A stretch of DNA of 64,000 nt, taken from the NCBI RefSeq assembly GCF_963921235.1, contig NC_086109.1, positions 31,622,001-31,686,000 on the forward strand. Direction: 5' to 3'. The notes beneath the pieces are model-generated. The model searched no databases and was not told the origin of the DNA. It saw nothing but the letters and a program-made list of their open reading frames with translations. This stretch comes from Mobula hypostoma (taxonomy: Eukaryota). The position numbers were made by a program, and so were the translations under genes. This document shows, piece by piece, positions 23,985 through 35,081 of this stretch (position 1 is the stretch's first letter; each line of letters starts with the position of its first letter).

Positions 23985-26900
23985 TCTCGGACCCAGTCTC
24001 CTGCTTTTTTCCCAAGCTGCCTTAAATATACATAAAGACTTGGCCTCCACAGCTGCCTGTGGCAAAGAATTCCACAGATTCACCACTTTCTGGCTAAGAA
24101 AATTCCTACTCATCTCTGTTCTAAAAGGATGCCCCTCTATTCTGAGGCTGTGGTCTCTGGTCTTAGACTCTCCCACTATAGAAAATACCTTCTCCACATC
24201 CACTCTATCAAGGCCATTTGATAGATTTCAATGAGGATACCCCTCACTATTCTGAATTCTAGTGAATACAGGCCCAGAACCATCAAATGCTTTTCATATG
24301 AGAAGCCATCAATCCTGGAATCATTTTCATGAACTTACTTTAAACCCTCTCCAGATTCAGCACATCCTTTCTAAGATACAAAACCCAAAACTGCTCACAA
24401 TACTCCAAGTAAGGCCTCAACATTGCTTTATAAAGTCTCAATATTACATCTTTGCTTTTATATTCTAGTCCTCTTGAAATAAATACTAATATTGCATTTG
24501 CCTTCCTCACTACAGACTCAACCTTCAAATTAACCTTTAGGGGATCCTTCACAATGACTCCCAAGTGCCTTTGCACCTCAGTTTTTTGTGTTTTCTCTCC
24601 ATTTAGAAAATAGTCAACCCTCTCATTTCTTCTACCAAAGTGCATGACCATACTCTTCCTCACACTATATTCCATTAGCCACGTCTTCATCCATTCTCCT
24701 TATCTGCGCAAGTCCTTCTGTAGCATCTCCATTTCCTCAAATCTACTTGACCCTCCACCTACCTTCATATCACCTGCAAACTTCACAATAAAGCCATCAA
24801 TTCCATCATCCAAATCATTGACATATAATGTAAAAAGGACCAATCACAACACAGACTTCTGTGGAACACCACTAGTCACTGGCAGCCAGCCTTTATTCCC
24901 ACTTTTTGCCACTTCTTTATCTATGCTAGAATCTTTTCTGTAATACCATGGGTTCCTAGATTGTTAAGCAGCCTCAGGTGTGGCACCTTGTTAAAAGTGT
25001 TCTGAAAATCCAAATAATCAACATCAACCGATTGTCCTTTGTCTATCCTGCTTGTTATTTCTTCAAAGAATTCCAACAGATATGTCAGGTAGGATTTTCC
25101 CTTGAGGAAACCATGATGACTATGGCCTACTTTAACATGTTCCTCCAAGTACCCCTGACCTCATCCTCTATAATTGACTCCAACATCTTCCTGGTCACTG
25201 AGATCTAACTAATTGGTTTATATATTCCTTTCTTCTGCTTCTCTCCCTTCTTGAAGAATGCAGTCACATTCACAATTTTTCTGTCTTCCAGAACCATTCC
25301 ATAACGTAGTGGTTCTTGAAAGACAATTACTAATGTCTCCACGAACCCTTCAGCCAACATTTTCATAACAATATCTTGAAGTGGGAAGGAGAACAGCCAG
25401 AGGTCGTGGGACATATTGATGCCAATGACATAGGTAGGAAAAGGGAGGAGGTCCTGAAAACATACTACAGAGAGTTAGGAAGGAAGTTGAGAAGCAGGAC
25501 CTCAAAGGTAGTAATCTCGGGATTACTGCCTGTGCCGCGTGACAGTGACTATGGGGATAGAATGAGGTGAAGGATAAATGCGTGGCTGGGGGATTAGAGC
25601 AGGGGGCAGGGATTCAGATTTCTGGATCTGTAGGACATCTTTTGGAGCAGATGTGACCTGTAAAAAAAGGACAGGTTGCTCTTGAATCCCAGGGGGACCA
25701 ATATCCTGGCGGGAAGGTTTGCTAAGGCTATTGGGGAGAGTTTAAACTAGAATGCTGGGAGGTGGGAACTGAACTGAAGTGACGGGGGAAAGGGAGGTTG
25801 GCTCACAAATAGAGAAAGCTTGGAGACAGTGTGAAAGGGAGGATAGGCAGGTGATAGAGAAGGGACGCGCTCAGACCAATGGTTTGAGATGTGTCTATTT
25901 TAATGCAAGGAGTATTATGAACAAAGCGGATGAGCTTAGAGCGTGGATCGGCACTTGGAGCTATGATGTAGTGGCCATTACCGAGACTTGGATGGTGCAG
26001 GGGCAGGAAAGGTTACTTCAAGTGCCAGGCTTTAGATGTTTCAGAAAGGACAGGGAGAGAGGCAAAAGAGGTGGGGAACAGCACTGTTGATCAGGGATAA
26101 TGTCACGGCTGCAGAAAAGGAGGAAGTCATGGAGGGGTTGTCCATGGAGTCTCTGTGGGTGGAAGTTAGGAAAAAGAAGGGGTCAATAACTCTACTGGGT
26201 GTTTTTTATAGACCACCCAATAGTAACAGGGACATCGAGGAGCAGATAGGGAGACAGATTCTGCAAATGTGTAGTAACAACAGGATTGTTGTGGTGGGAG
26301 ATTTTAATTTCCCAAATATTGATTGGAATCTCCCTAGAGTGAGGGGTTTAGATGGGGTGGAGTTTGTTAGGTGTATTTAGGAAGGTTTCTTGACACAGTA
26401 TGTAGATAAGCCTACAAGAGGAGAGGCTGTACTTGATCTGGTATGGGGAAATGAACCTGGGTAGGTGTCAGGTCTCTCAGTGGGAGAGCATTATGGAGAT
26501 AGTGATCACAATTCTATCTCCTTTACCATAGTATTGGAGAGGGATAGGAACACACGAGTTAGAGAAATGTTTAATTGGCATAAGGGGAAATATGAGGCTA
26601 TCAGGCAGGAACTTGGAAGCATAAATTGGAAACCGATGTTCTCAGGGAAACTTACGGAAGAAATGTGGCAAATGTTCAGGGGATATTTGCATGGGGTTCT
26701 GCATAGGTATATTCCAATGAGACGGGGAAAGGATGGTAGGGTACAGGAACTGTGGTGTACAAAGGCTGTCATAAATCTAGTCAAGAAGTAGTGAAAAGCT
26801 TATGAAAGGTTCAAAAAGCAGGAAGGAGCTTAAGAATGAAATTAGGAGAGCCAGAAGGGGTCATGAGAAAGCCATGGCGGACAGGATGAAGGAAAACCCC

Positions 26901-29290
26901 AAGGCATTCTACAGGTATGTGAGGAGAAAGAGGATAAGACGTGACAGAATAGGACGAATCATGTGTGACAGTGGAAAAGTGTGTATGGATCCGGAGGAGA
27001 TAGCAGAGGTACTTAATGAATATTTTACTTCAGTATTCACTACAGAAAAGGATCTTGGTGATTGTAGGAATAACTTGTAGCGGTCTGAAAAGCTTGAGTA
27101 TGTAGATATTAAGGAAGAAGATGTGCTGGAGCTTTTGGAAAGCATCAAGTTGGATAAGTCACTGGGACAGGATGGGATGTACCCCAGGCTACTGTGGGAA
27201 GCAGGGGAGGAGATTGCTGAGCCTCTGGCGATGATCTTTGCATCATTAATGAAGAAGGGAGAGGTTCCGGAGGATTGGAGGGTTGCGGATTTTGTTCCCT
27301 TATTCAAGAAATGGAGTAGAGATAGCCCAGGAAATTATAGACCAGTGAGTCCAGTTAATGGAGAAGATCCTGAGAGGCAGGATTTATGAAGATTTGGGGA
27401 GGCATAATATGATTAGGAATAGTCAGCATGGCTTTGTCAAAGGCATGTTGTGCCTTACGAGCCTGACTCATGCAAGGCTTATTGAGAAAGTAAGGAGGCA
27501 TGGGATCCAAGGGGACATTGCTTTGTGAACCCAGAACTGGCTTGCCTACAGAAGGTAAAGAGTGGTTGTAGATGGGCCATATTCTGCATGGAGGTCGGTG
27601 ACCAGTGGTGTGCCTCAGGGATCTCTTCTGGGACCCCTACTCTTCATAATTCTTGTAAATGACCTGGATGAGAAAGTGGAGGGATGGTTTAGTAAATATG
27701 CTGATGACACAAAAGTTGGTGGTGTTGTGGATAGTGTGGAGGGCTGTCAGAGGTTACAGCGGGACATTGATACGATGCAAAACTGGGCTGAGAAGTGACA
27801 GATGGAGTTCAACCCAGATAAGTATGAGGTGCTTCATTTTGGTAGGTCAGATATGATGGCAGAATATAGCATTAATGGTAAGATTCTTGGCAGTGTGGAG
27901 GATCTGAGGGATCTTGGGGTCTGAGTGCATAGGACACTCAAAGCTGCTGCGCAGGTTGACTTTATGGTTAAGAAGGCATACAGTGTATTGGCCTTCTTCA
28001 ACTGTGGGATTGAGTTTAAGAGCCGAGAGATATTGTTGCAGCTATATAGGATCCTGGTCAGACCCCACTTGGAGTACTGCGCTCAATTCTGGTCGCCTCA
28101 CTACAGGAAGGACATGCAAACCTTAGAAAGAGTGCAGAGGAGATTTACAAGGATATTGCCCGGATTGGGGAGCATGCCTTATGAGAATAGATTGAGTGAA
28201 CTCAGCCTTTTCTCCTTGGAGCGACGGAGGATGAGAGGTGACCTGATAGAGGTGTATACGATAATGAGAGGCATTGATTGTGTGGATAGTCAAAGAGGTC
28301 ATAGTTTTAAGGTGCTTGGAAGTAGGTACAGAGGAGATGTCAGTGCTCAGATTTTTGAGCAGAGAGTGGTGAGTGTGTGGAATGGGCTGCTGGTGGCGGT
28401 GGTGGAGGCAGGAACGATAACGTCTTTTAAGAGACTCCTGGATAGGTACATGGAGCTTACAAAAATAGAGGGCTATGGGTAAGCCTAGGTATTTCTAAGA
28501 TAAGGACATGTTCGGCACAGCTTTGTGTGCCGAAGGGCCTGTATTGTGCTGTAGGTTTTCTATGTTTCTATGTTTCTAACACCGGGGTATACACTATCTC
28601 GTCCTGGTGACTTATCTATCTTCAACTTCCCAAGAACCTTCTCTCTAGTTATGGTAACCTCACATGTCATGACCCTTGACACCTGGAACTTCCACCATAC
28701 TGCTAGTGTCTTCCACAGTGAAGAAAGACCCAAAGGACTTATTCAGCTCATCTGCCATTTTGTCATCCCCCATTGCTACCTCTCCAGCATTGTTTTCCGG
28801 GTGGTTCAAAACCCACTCTCGTCTCTCTCTTCGTTATGTATCTAACGAAACTTTTAGTATCCTCTTTAATATTATTGGCTAGCATACTTTTGTATTCCAT
28901 CTTTAATGACTTTTGGAAATACCTTCTATTGGTATTGAGAAGCTACCCATCCTCTAACTTCCCATGAATTAGTCCCCCTTCAGTTTAGGTACAAACTGTC
29001 CTTTTTATACAGGTCCCACCTGCCTGGAAGAGAGCCAATGATCCAAATATCTTTAGCCCTCCCTTCTATCTAAGATTATACTCCTTAGCCTGTATAATCT
29101 TCATAGTTCTGAATTCACTAGCATACAGTATGGCACAGATAGCAACCCTGGAGGTCCTACTCTTTAACTTCACATCTATCTCCTAATCTCCCTATGAAGA
29201 ACCTCATCACTCACCCTACCCATGTCATTGGTACCTACATGGGCCACGACTTCAGGCAGTTCACCCTCCCACTTAAGAATGTTGAGGAAT
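23985..29290 (-). mobile_element. Older CR1 LINE with internal deletion, split by a younger CR1
   Basis: RT pieces at 23985-25370 ('DFQNTFNKVPH', 'RPYLEYCEQFW') continue at 28577-28970; ORF1 esterase remnant at about 28970-29290. Confidence 0.85.
25371..28576 (+). mobile_element. CR1 LINE (ORF1 esterase C-terminus plus ORF2), decayed
   Basis: 'HIDANDIGRK..VVISGLLP', TTTAAACTAG junction at 25741, 'YFNARSI..ITETW', 'YRPP', 'GDFN', 'SDHNS', 'GVPQG', 'YADD'; (TTTCTATG)n tail; TSD TAACA at 25366-25370 / 28577-28581. Confidence 0.95.
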
Positions 29291-30480
29291 TGATTTTGGG
29301 GATAGGCAGATTGCAGTGGGTCCAGGACTTAATTCTAGCCATAACCGATCTCTCAAAGCATTTCATCACCATAGACTCGAGTGCTACTGGACGATAGCCG
29401 TTAAGGCAGCTCACCCTACTTTTCTTGGTATAATTGTTGCCCTTTTGCAGCAGGTAGGATCTTTTGACTGTAGCAAGGAGAGGTTGAAAGTATCTTTGAA
29501 TACCCCTGCCAGTTGGTTGGCACAGGTTTTCAGAGCCCTACCATGTACTGTACTCCATCGGGACCTGTCACCTTTTCTGGTGTTCACCCTGTTCAAAGAC
29601 AGCCTGATGTCAACCTCTGAGACAGAGATCACAGGGTCACCAGGTGCACCAGGGATCCACATAGCTGTATTTTTATTTTCCCTTCCAAAATGAGCTTTAA
29701 AAAGTGTTGAGCTCATCTGGGACTGAAGAATCACTGCCATTCATGATGCCAAATTTCGCTTTGTGGGATGTAATGGCTTGCAAACCCTGCCAAAGTTGAC
29801 CTGCATCAGAGTTTGCCTCCAACCTCATTCAGAATTCTTCCTTGGCTCTTAAAATAGCCCTCTGCAAGTCATACCTGTTTTTCTCCTGGTTCGCCAGATT
29901 CGAATGCCACAGATCTGGACTTTAGCAGACTTCAGAACCTCCTGGTTCAACCACGGCTTTTGATTTGGGCATGTACAGTAAGTTCTTGCATGCACATACT
30001 CCTTTTAATGAAGTCGGTGACAGCTGTGGAGTACTCATTCAAGCTTGAAGATGAATCCCTGCATACAGCCCAGTCCACCAATTCAAAACAATTTTGTAAG
30101 TGCCCCATGGACCTCCCTTGTCCATACCTTCTTGGTCCTCTCTACTGGTGCTGCATTCTTCAGTCTCTGCCTATACGCAGGGAGTAGACGTACAGCCAGG
30201 TGATCAAACTTTCCGAAGTGTGGGTATGGAACAACACTCTTGATGGTGGTGTAACAGCAGATCTGTGTTTTTTTTTCCCTCTGGTACTACAACTTATTTG
30301 TTGGTAATAATTATTTAGAGACATCTTCAAGCTGGCCTGGTTTAAATCCCCCATAATGATGCGGAAGGAACCAGGATGTGCTGTTTCATGCCTTTTGATT
30401 ACATCACTCAGTTTGTCTAGAGCCCAAGGTGAGATGTACAGCACGACAAAGATGATGGCTGAAATCTCCCGTGGCAGACC
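29290..30480 (-). mobile_element. Rex1/Babar internal fragment (APE to start of RT)
   Basis: 'LYISP', 'IMGDLNQASL', '[23 protein letters not shown]'. Confidence 0.75.
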
Positions 30481-30870
30481 TACTGTGGACCTATTGCTCC
30501 AGCTGGCAAATTGGAGTTGATCTAAGTTACTTCTCAGGCAGGAGTTGATGTTACATCACCATCCTCCCAAAACACCTCATTACAGTGGATGTAGGTGCTA
30601 CTTGATGATAGTCATTGAGACAGATTACTACGCTTGTTTTAGGTACTGGTATAAGTAAGTCTGCTTGAAGCAGATTGAAGAATGTATGTGACCACAGCGC
30701 TGACACAGGATTGAAAAGACTTAAAAGGTCATGCTTCTATAACAAGGACCATGTTTATAATGCATTGCCAATTCAACCATATCAATTAGCAACTTTGGAT
30801 ATGTCTTTTCGTTTGGAGAAAAAATGAGAACGTGGGAAGTGCGTGAGAAAAGGAGAGAGTATGAGAGACT

Positions 30871-30876
30871 GAGAGA

Positions 30877-30948
<72 letters not shown>
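30871..30948. repeat. (GA)n microsatellite
   Basis: About 78-bp near-perfect GA dinucleotide run. Confidence 0.98.
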
Positions 30949-31889
30949 ATACATGCTTGCTGCTAAGGCTCCAGCTTAGTATTTGCATCTTAGCAGACTT
31001 AATTGTAACTGTACATTTTGTGCAAAATTGAACCAGCTTGCAAACAGTTGATTTTAACTGCCCCTCAACCTCATTATTTATCTATTCTGCCTGATGGGAT
31101 TAGCTCATTAAAATAAACAGAACCTATTATTCCCACTCAGTGACATTTTATTTTTATCAGTTTCAAATGATTGTTTCAATACTATTGGATCTATTTACTC
31201 TTAAGCCTTTGGCCTCAAAAATCTGATATTTCAAAGTAGAGAAGTCCCTTTGTGGTTTTAATCATGCCATTTTGAATGATAAAACCTAGAAAATGAATTT
31301 CAAATGAGTAGGTAGCAATGTAATATATGTTACTAAATTAGTCAAATCAGGTAAATACGTACACAGAACTGTGCTAAGAGAAATTGAAAAGCTCTCATTT
31401 CTCATAACAGATATTTGCCAAGATATAATGCTTACTGGGTATCATCGGCAAAACAAATCCATTCTAATTTTTCAAAGCTTTGACATCAGAAGATATGTCT
31501 GAATGCTCAAATGTTAATGTAATGTTAAAAAAATAAATGCAATGTTGTACTTATCAATGGAAAGACAGGGCACAATATATTTAGCGGCATCCAAAGTAAT
31601 GACAACGCAGTTGAATGGGTATCATGTAAAAAATATCTCATGGATCACATAGAACAGGACATCTCCCAGTACTGTTAATTCTGGGGCATGCAGAGGAATG
31701 ATGAGTGTTATTTATGCCTCTTAGAGCTTCTATTGATACTCCAGCTAGCATTTCATTCATTGAAACAAGTCAACGTTGTACACCATGTTTGAGAATCCTC
31801 TCCACTGTCCTAACATCTTTTCAAATAGATGCTGAAATGTATTGCATATGATAAACATGGGAAAGCGTGCAGAAGCTGGAAAGCCAAAG

Positions 31890-32087
31890 GGACACACACA
31901 AAATGATAGAGGAACTCAGCACATCAGACAGCATCTATGGAGAGAAATAGATGATTGACGTTTCAGGCCAAGTCCCTTCTTCAGGACTGAGAAGGAAGTG
32001 GAAAGATGCCAGAAGACTATCTATTCCCCTCCATAGATGCTGTCTGACCTGCTGAGTTCCTCCAGCATTTTCTGTGTGTTGTGTTGC
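31890..32087. mobile_element. Penelope-like terminal inverted-repeat fragment
   Basis: Inverted arms 'acacacaaaatg..gaggaactcagc..cagacagcatctatgg' / 'ccatagatgctgtctgacctgctgagttcctccagcattttc'; hammerhead core CTGAAGA..GAAACGTC on the minus strand at about 31953-31988. Confidence 0.7.
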
Positions 32088-33213
32088 AAATGAGTTCAAA
32101 TTCTTTTTGGATTCATGATTTGGAAGAGGGAATCAAGGGTAACATCTCTAAGTTTTCTGATGACACTAAGTAGAGCCGAAAAACAAATTGTGCAGAGGAT
32201 GTAAAGAGTCCTCAGAGAGATGAAGATAGGTTAAGTAAGTGGGCAAGGGTCTGGCAGGTAAAGTAGAGCATTGGTGGATGTGAGGCCATCCACTTTGTAA
32301 GGAAAAATAGAAGATCGGGTTATTATCTAAATGGTGAATGATTGCAGCATGCAGTTGTGTCAAGGGCCTTGGGGAGCACTTGTACATGAATTGCAAAAGA
32401 TTTGTTTGCAGGTACAATGGATTATCATGAAGGCAAACTAAACGTTGCTAGAGGTTTGTAATTTAAGAACAGGATGGGTATACTGTAACTGTACAGGGTA
32501 CTGGTGATGTCACACCTGGAGCACTGAATGTAATTCTGGTGTATTTATTTGAGGAAAGATATACAAGCTGTCAAGGCATTGCAGAGGAGTTTCACCAGGT
32601 TGATTCGTTGATTCTGGAGATCAGGGGATTAGCCTGTGAGAAAAGTTGGAATCCCAAAGAATGTGATGAGAAATATTGTATGACATTAGAAGAAGAAGGA
32701 AACATATTGTATAACATTATGAAAGGGATGCATACAATAGAGACAACAAAGTTGTTTCCAATGAAAGTGTGTAAGTGAGACTAGAATTAGGGAACACAGC
32801 CTCAATGTTTGGGGGAGCTGTCATGGTCCAGTCCATGAAGTCTGCATTCTGGTTCATGGTCCAGTCCATCGATCTGTATTCTGGGTGTTCCCTGTTTTCC
32901 CCAGTTCCGTTGGGCTCCTTAATCAAGGCACCTGATTCTAGTTTTATGCTAGCTGCATAAATAGCTTCGGGATTCAGCTTCTTTTGCTGGACTGTTCCCT
33001 TCCCCTCCCCATCCGAATCCCCAACAGTTACCTCAGCAGTTTCCCTCAGCAAGTATCCTCGGCAGTCATCCTGGCCCTGCGTCCTAGAAGAATCCTGGCC
33101 CTGCGCTCCAAGAAGGTGTCCCAGCTCTGTACCCAAGGGCCTAACTGAGCTGAGCCTAGCCTAGTCCAAGAACCAAGTCCTGGTCTGGAGTTCCTTGCCC
33201 AGCCCGGGAGTCC

Positions 33214-33398
33214 CTAGTCCAAGCCACGTCCAAGAACCTCATCTAGTCCAAGCCACTTCCAAGAACATCAACTAGTCCAAGCCATGTCCAAGAACCTCGT
33301 CTAGTCGAAGCCACTTCCAAGAACCTCGACTAGGTTAAGCCACGTCCAAGAACCTCGTCTAGTCCAAGACAAGTCCAAGAACCTCGTCCTGTCCAAGT
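33214..33398. repeat. 29-bp tandem repeat, about 6.3 copies
   Basis: Unit CTAGTCCAAGCCACGTCCAAGAACCTCGT starting at 33214, 33243, 33272, 33301, 33330, 33359, 33388. Confidence 0.95.
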
Positions 33399-33461
33399 CA
33401 AGACTTTGTGTTCTCATCCTGTCCATGTGCCTCGTCCTGTGCAGGAGTTCCACGTCCTGTT

Positions 33462-33538
33462 CTGTAGCCTAGCCACGTCCAGTCCTGTAGCCTAGCCACG
33501 TCCAGTCCTGTAGCCTAGCCACGTCCAGTTCTGTAGCC
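33462..33538. repeat. 23-bp tandem repeat, about 3.3 copies
   Basis: Unit CTGTAGCCTAGCCACGTCCAGTC at 33462, 33485, 33508, 33531. Confidence 0.95.
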
Positions 33539-34233
33539 ATGTCTTGTCCTCTCCTAGAACCGGAGTCTGAGCCCAAGTCAAGACCTAGGTTCTGGGTCCC
33601 TGTCCAGTCTCTGGCTCGGAGTCCTAGCCCAGACTCCTAGTTCCAAGTTCCTTGTCTAGGTCCCACTTTCCTAGTCTTAGTCCTAGCCCAGGCCCGGTGT
33701 CCTTGTCTCGTCCAGGGCCTGTGTCCATGTCCAGCACCATTTCTTCCTGACTCCCCTTGTTTTCTTGATAAACCTTGTCCTGTTCCTAGTACTTCAGTGC
33801 CTGTGTCTCACATATGGGTCCGCCATCAACGCCCCCCGTATAACAGGAATAAATTTAGGATGGAGAAGAGGATAAGCAGCTTTTCCTCAGAGAGTAGGGA
33901 ATCTGTGGAATTCTTTGCCCAAGGAAGCAGTAGAGGGTGCAACATTAAATACTTATAAGAGACAGGTAGATTTTTACATAGCAGAGGAATTTAGGGTTAT
34001 GGGGTAAAGGCATGTAGGTGGAGCTGAGTCCATGACAAGATCAACCATGAATTGTAAAGCAAGCTCAAAGGTCTGATGGCCTACTCCTACTCCTGTTTCT
34101 TATTTTCTTATATTATGCTACTAGAATACTACCTCATTAGCCTTGAACTGAAAGCACTCTACTGTAAGTTGTAAAGCTGAATAAATAAATGTAGCTAGAT
34201 GATGTTAAGACATTGGGCTAAAAAAGTATACCT

Positions 34234-34488
34234 TGTGGCGGCTCACCCACACGGCAAGCGAACCAGCTCCAGCAGTCGCGGGCGAGTCCACAGCCAGCGG
34301 CAACCGAGAGGGCTCTGAGTGCGGGGCAGACCTCGGCCCGGAAGCCGACTTCACTTCCGCCTCGTAAAGAGCGGGGGATGCCGGGAGCAGGCACTTAAGC
34401 GCTCGTGGATTGAAAGAGTAAACAGTTCAACCAGACCCTGCTCGACTCAGTGTGTTGCTTTCACTCGTTGCGTATCAGCACGACTACA
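34234..34488 (+). repeat. 5' LTR
   Basis: TG...CA, 255 bp; about 89% identical to 38145-38397 by manual alignment. Confidence 0.95.
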
Positions 34489-34489
34489 T

Positions 34490-34501
34490 TGGTGACCCCG
34501 A
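34490..34501 (+). promoter_or_regulatory. Primer-binding site (tRNA-Trp)
   Basis: TGGTGACCCCGA one nt after the LTR, complementary to the tRNA-Trp 3' end (..UCGGGGUCACCA). Confidence 0.85.
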
Positions 34502-34527
34502 TGGTCCAACGGCATTTGGACACAGCA

Positions 34528-35081
34528 TGAACGACTCGGCTCTGCAGAACGCAGTTTCCCTTAAACTGCCAGCCTGCTGGACCACTCAAACCCTGGTCTG
34601 GTTCGAGCAAGCAACGGCCCAGTTCCAGGTCAGGCAAATTGTCTCAGACGCCACCAGGTATTACTATATGGTGGGCACCCTCGAGCAGGAGACAGCGGGC
34701 CTGATGAGCGACATGCTAGCACTGGCAGACAGCCATAAGCCTTGCCTGCTTTTTGAACAGATCTTCTTGGAGCAAATGCCAGAAGACATCTTCCTTCTGC
34801 CAGCTGATGAAGACTTCAGAGACCCGCACAGGGTGGCTGCCCATGCAGACATGCTTTGGTGCACCAAACAAAATGGCAGAACCACCATCGAAATTAGTGC
34901 TGCGGCATGGCCGTAAGTCCAGCCCTCCCACACCCCAGCAGCAGAGCACGTAACACCCACACCAAGGGACGGCACCACTTCTGAGTCTTGGTGCTTTTAT
35001 CATCAAAGGTGGGGTTCTGGGGTCCGCCGCAACCGACTGCCATGCTCGTTCCAGAGAAACGCCAGGACCAGCCGTTGCTGA
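34528..35081 (+). pseudogene. gag: gag (CsRn1-like), disrupted
   Basis: 'MNDSALQNAVSLKLPACW..WFEQATAQF'; degenerate CHCC knuckle C-FY-H-X9-(N)-X3-C at 34992-35045. Confidence 0.75.

Larger units (their letters stand above)
32819..33845 (+). mobile_element. Solo LTR (1027 bp) containing minisatellites
   Basis: TGTCAT...ATAACA inverted termini; degraded 5-bp TSD GGAGC/GGAAT; CR1 host continues on both sides; TATA-like 'cataaata' at about 32957. Confidence 0.7.
32110..34115 (+). mobile_element. Old CR1 3' fragment, interrupted by a solo LTR
   Basis: Decayed 'SKFSDDTK', 'HLEH', and 3' UTR 'gatggcctactcctactcctgtttcttat'. Confidence 0.75.

Noticed and set aside
30721..30988. SLSLSL-rich ORFs
   Set aside because: Translation of the (GA)n microsatellite
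32717..33136. 139-aa minus-strand ORF
   Set aside because: Spans the CR1/solo-LTR junction with a non-ATG start and no domain
33214..33398. Regular 29-bp repeats resembling a CRISPR array
   Set aside because: Units are head-to-tail with no unique spacers, there are no cas genes, and the context is a eukaryotic LTR-like element
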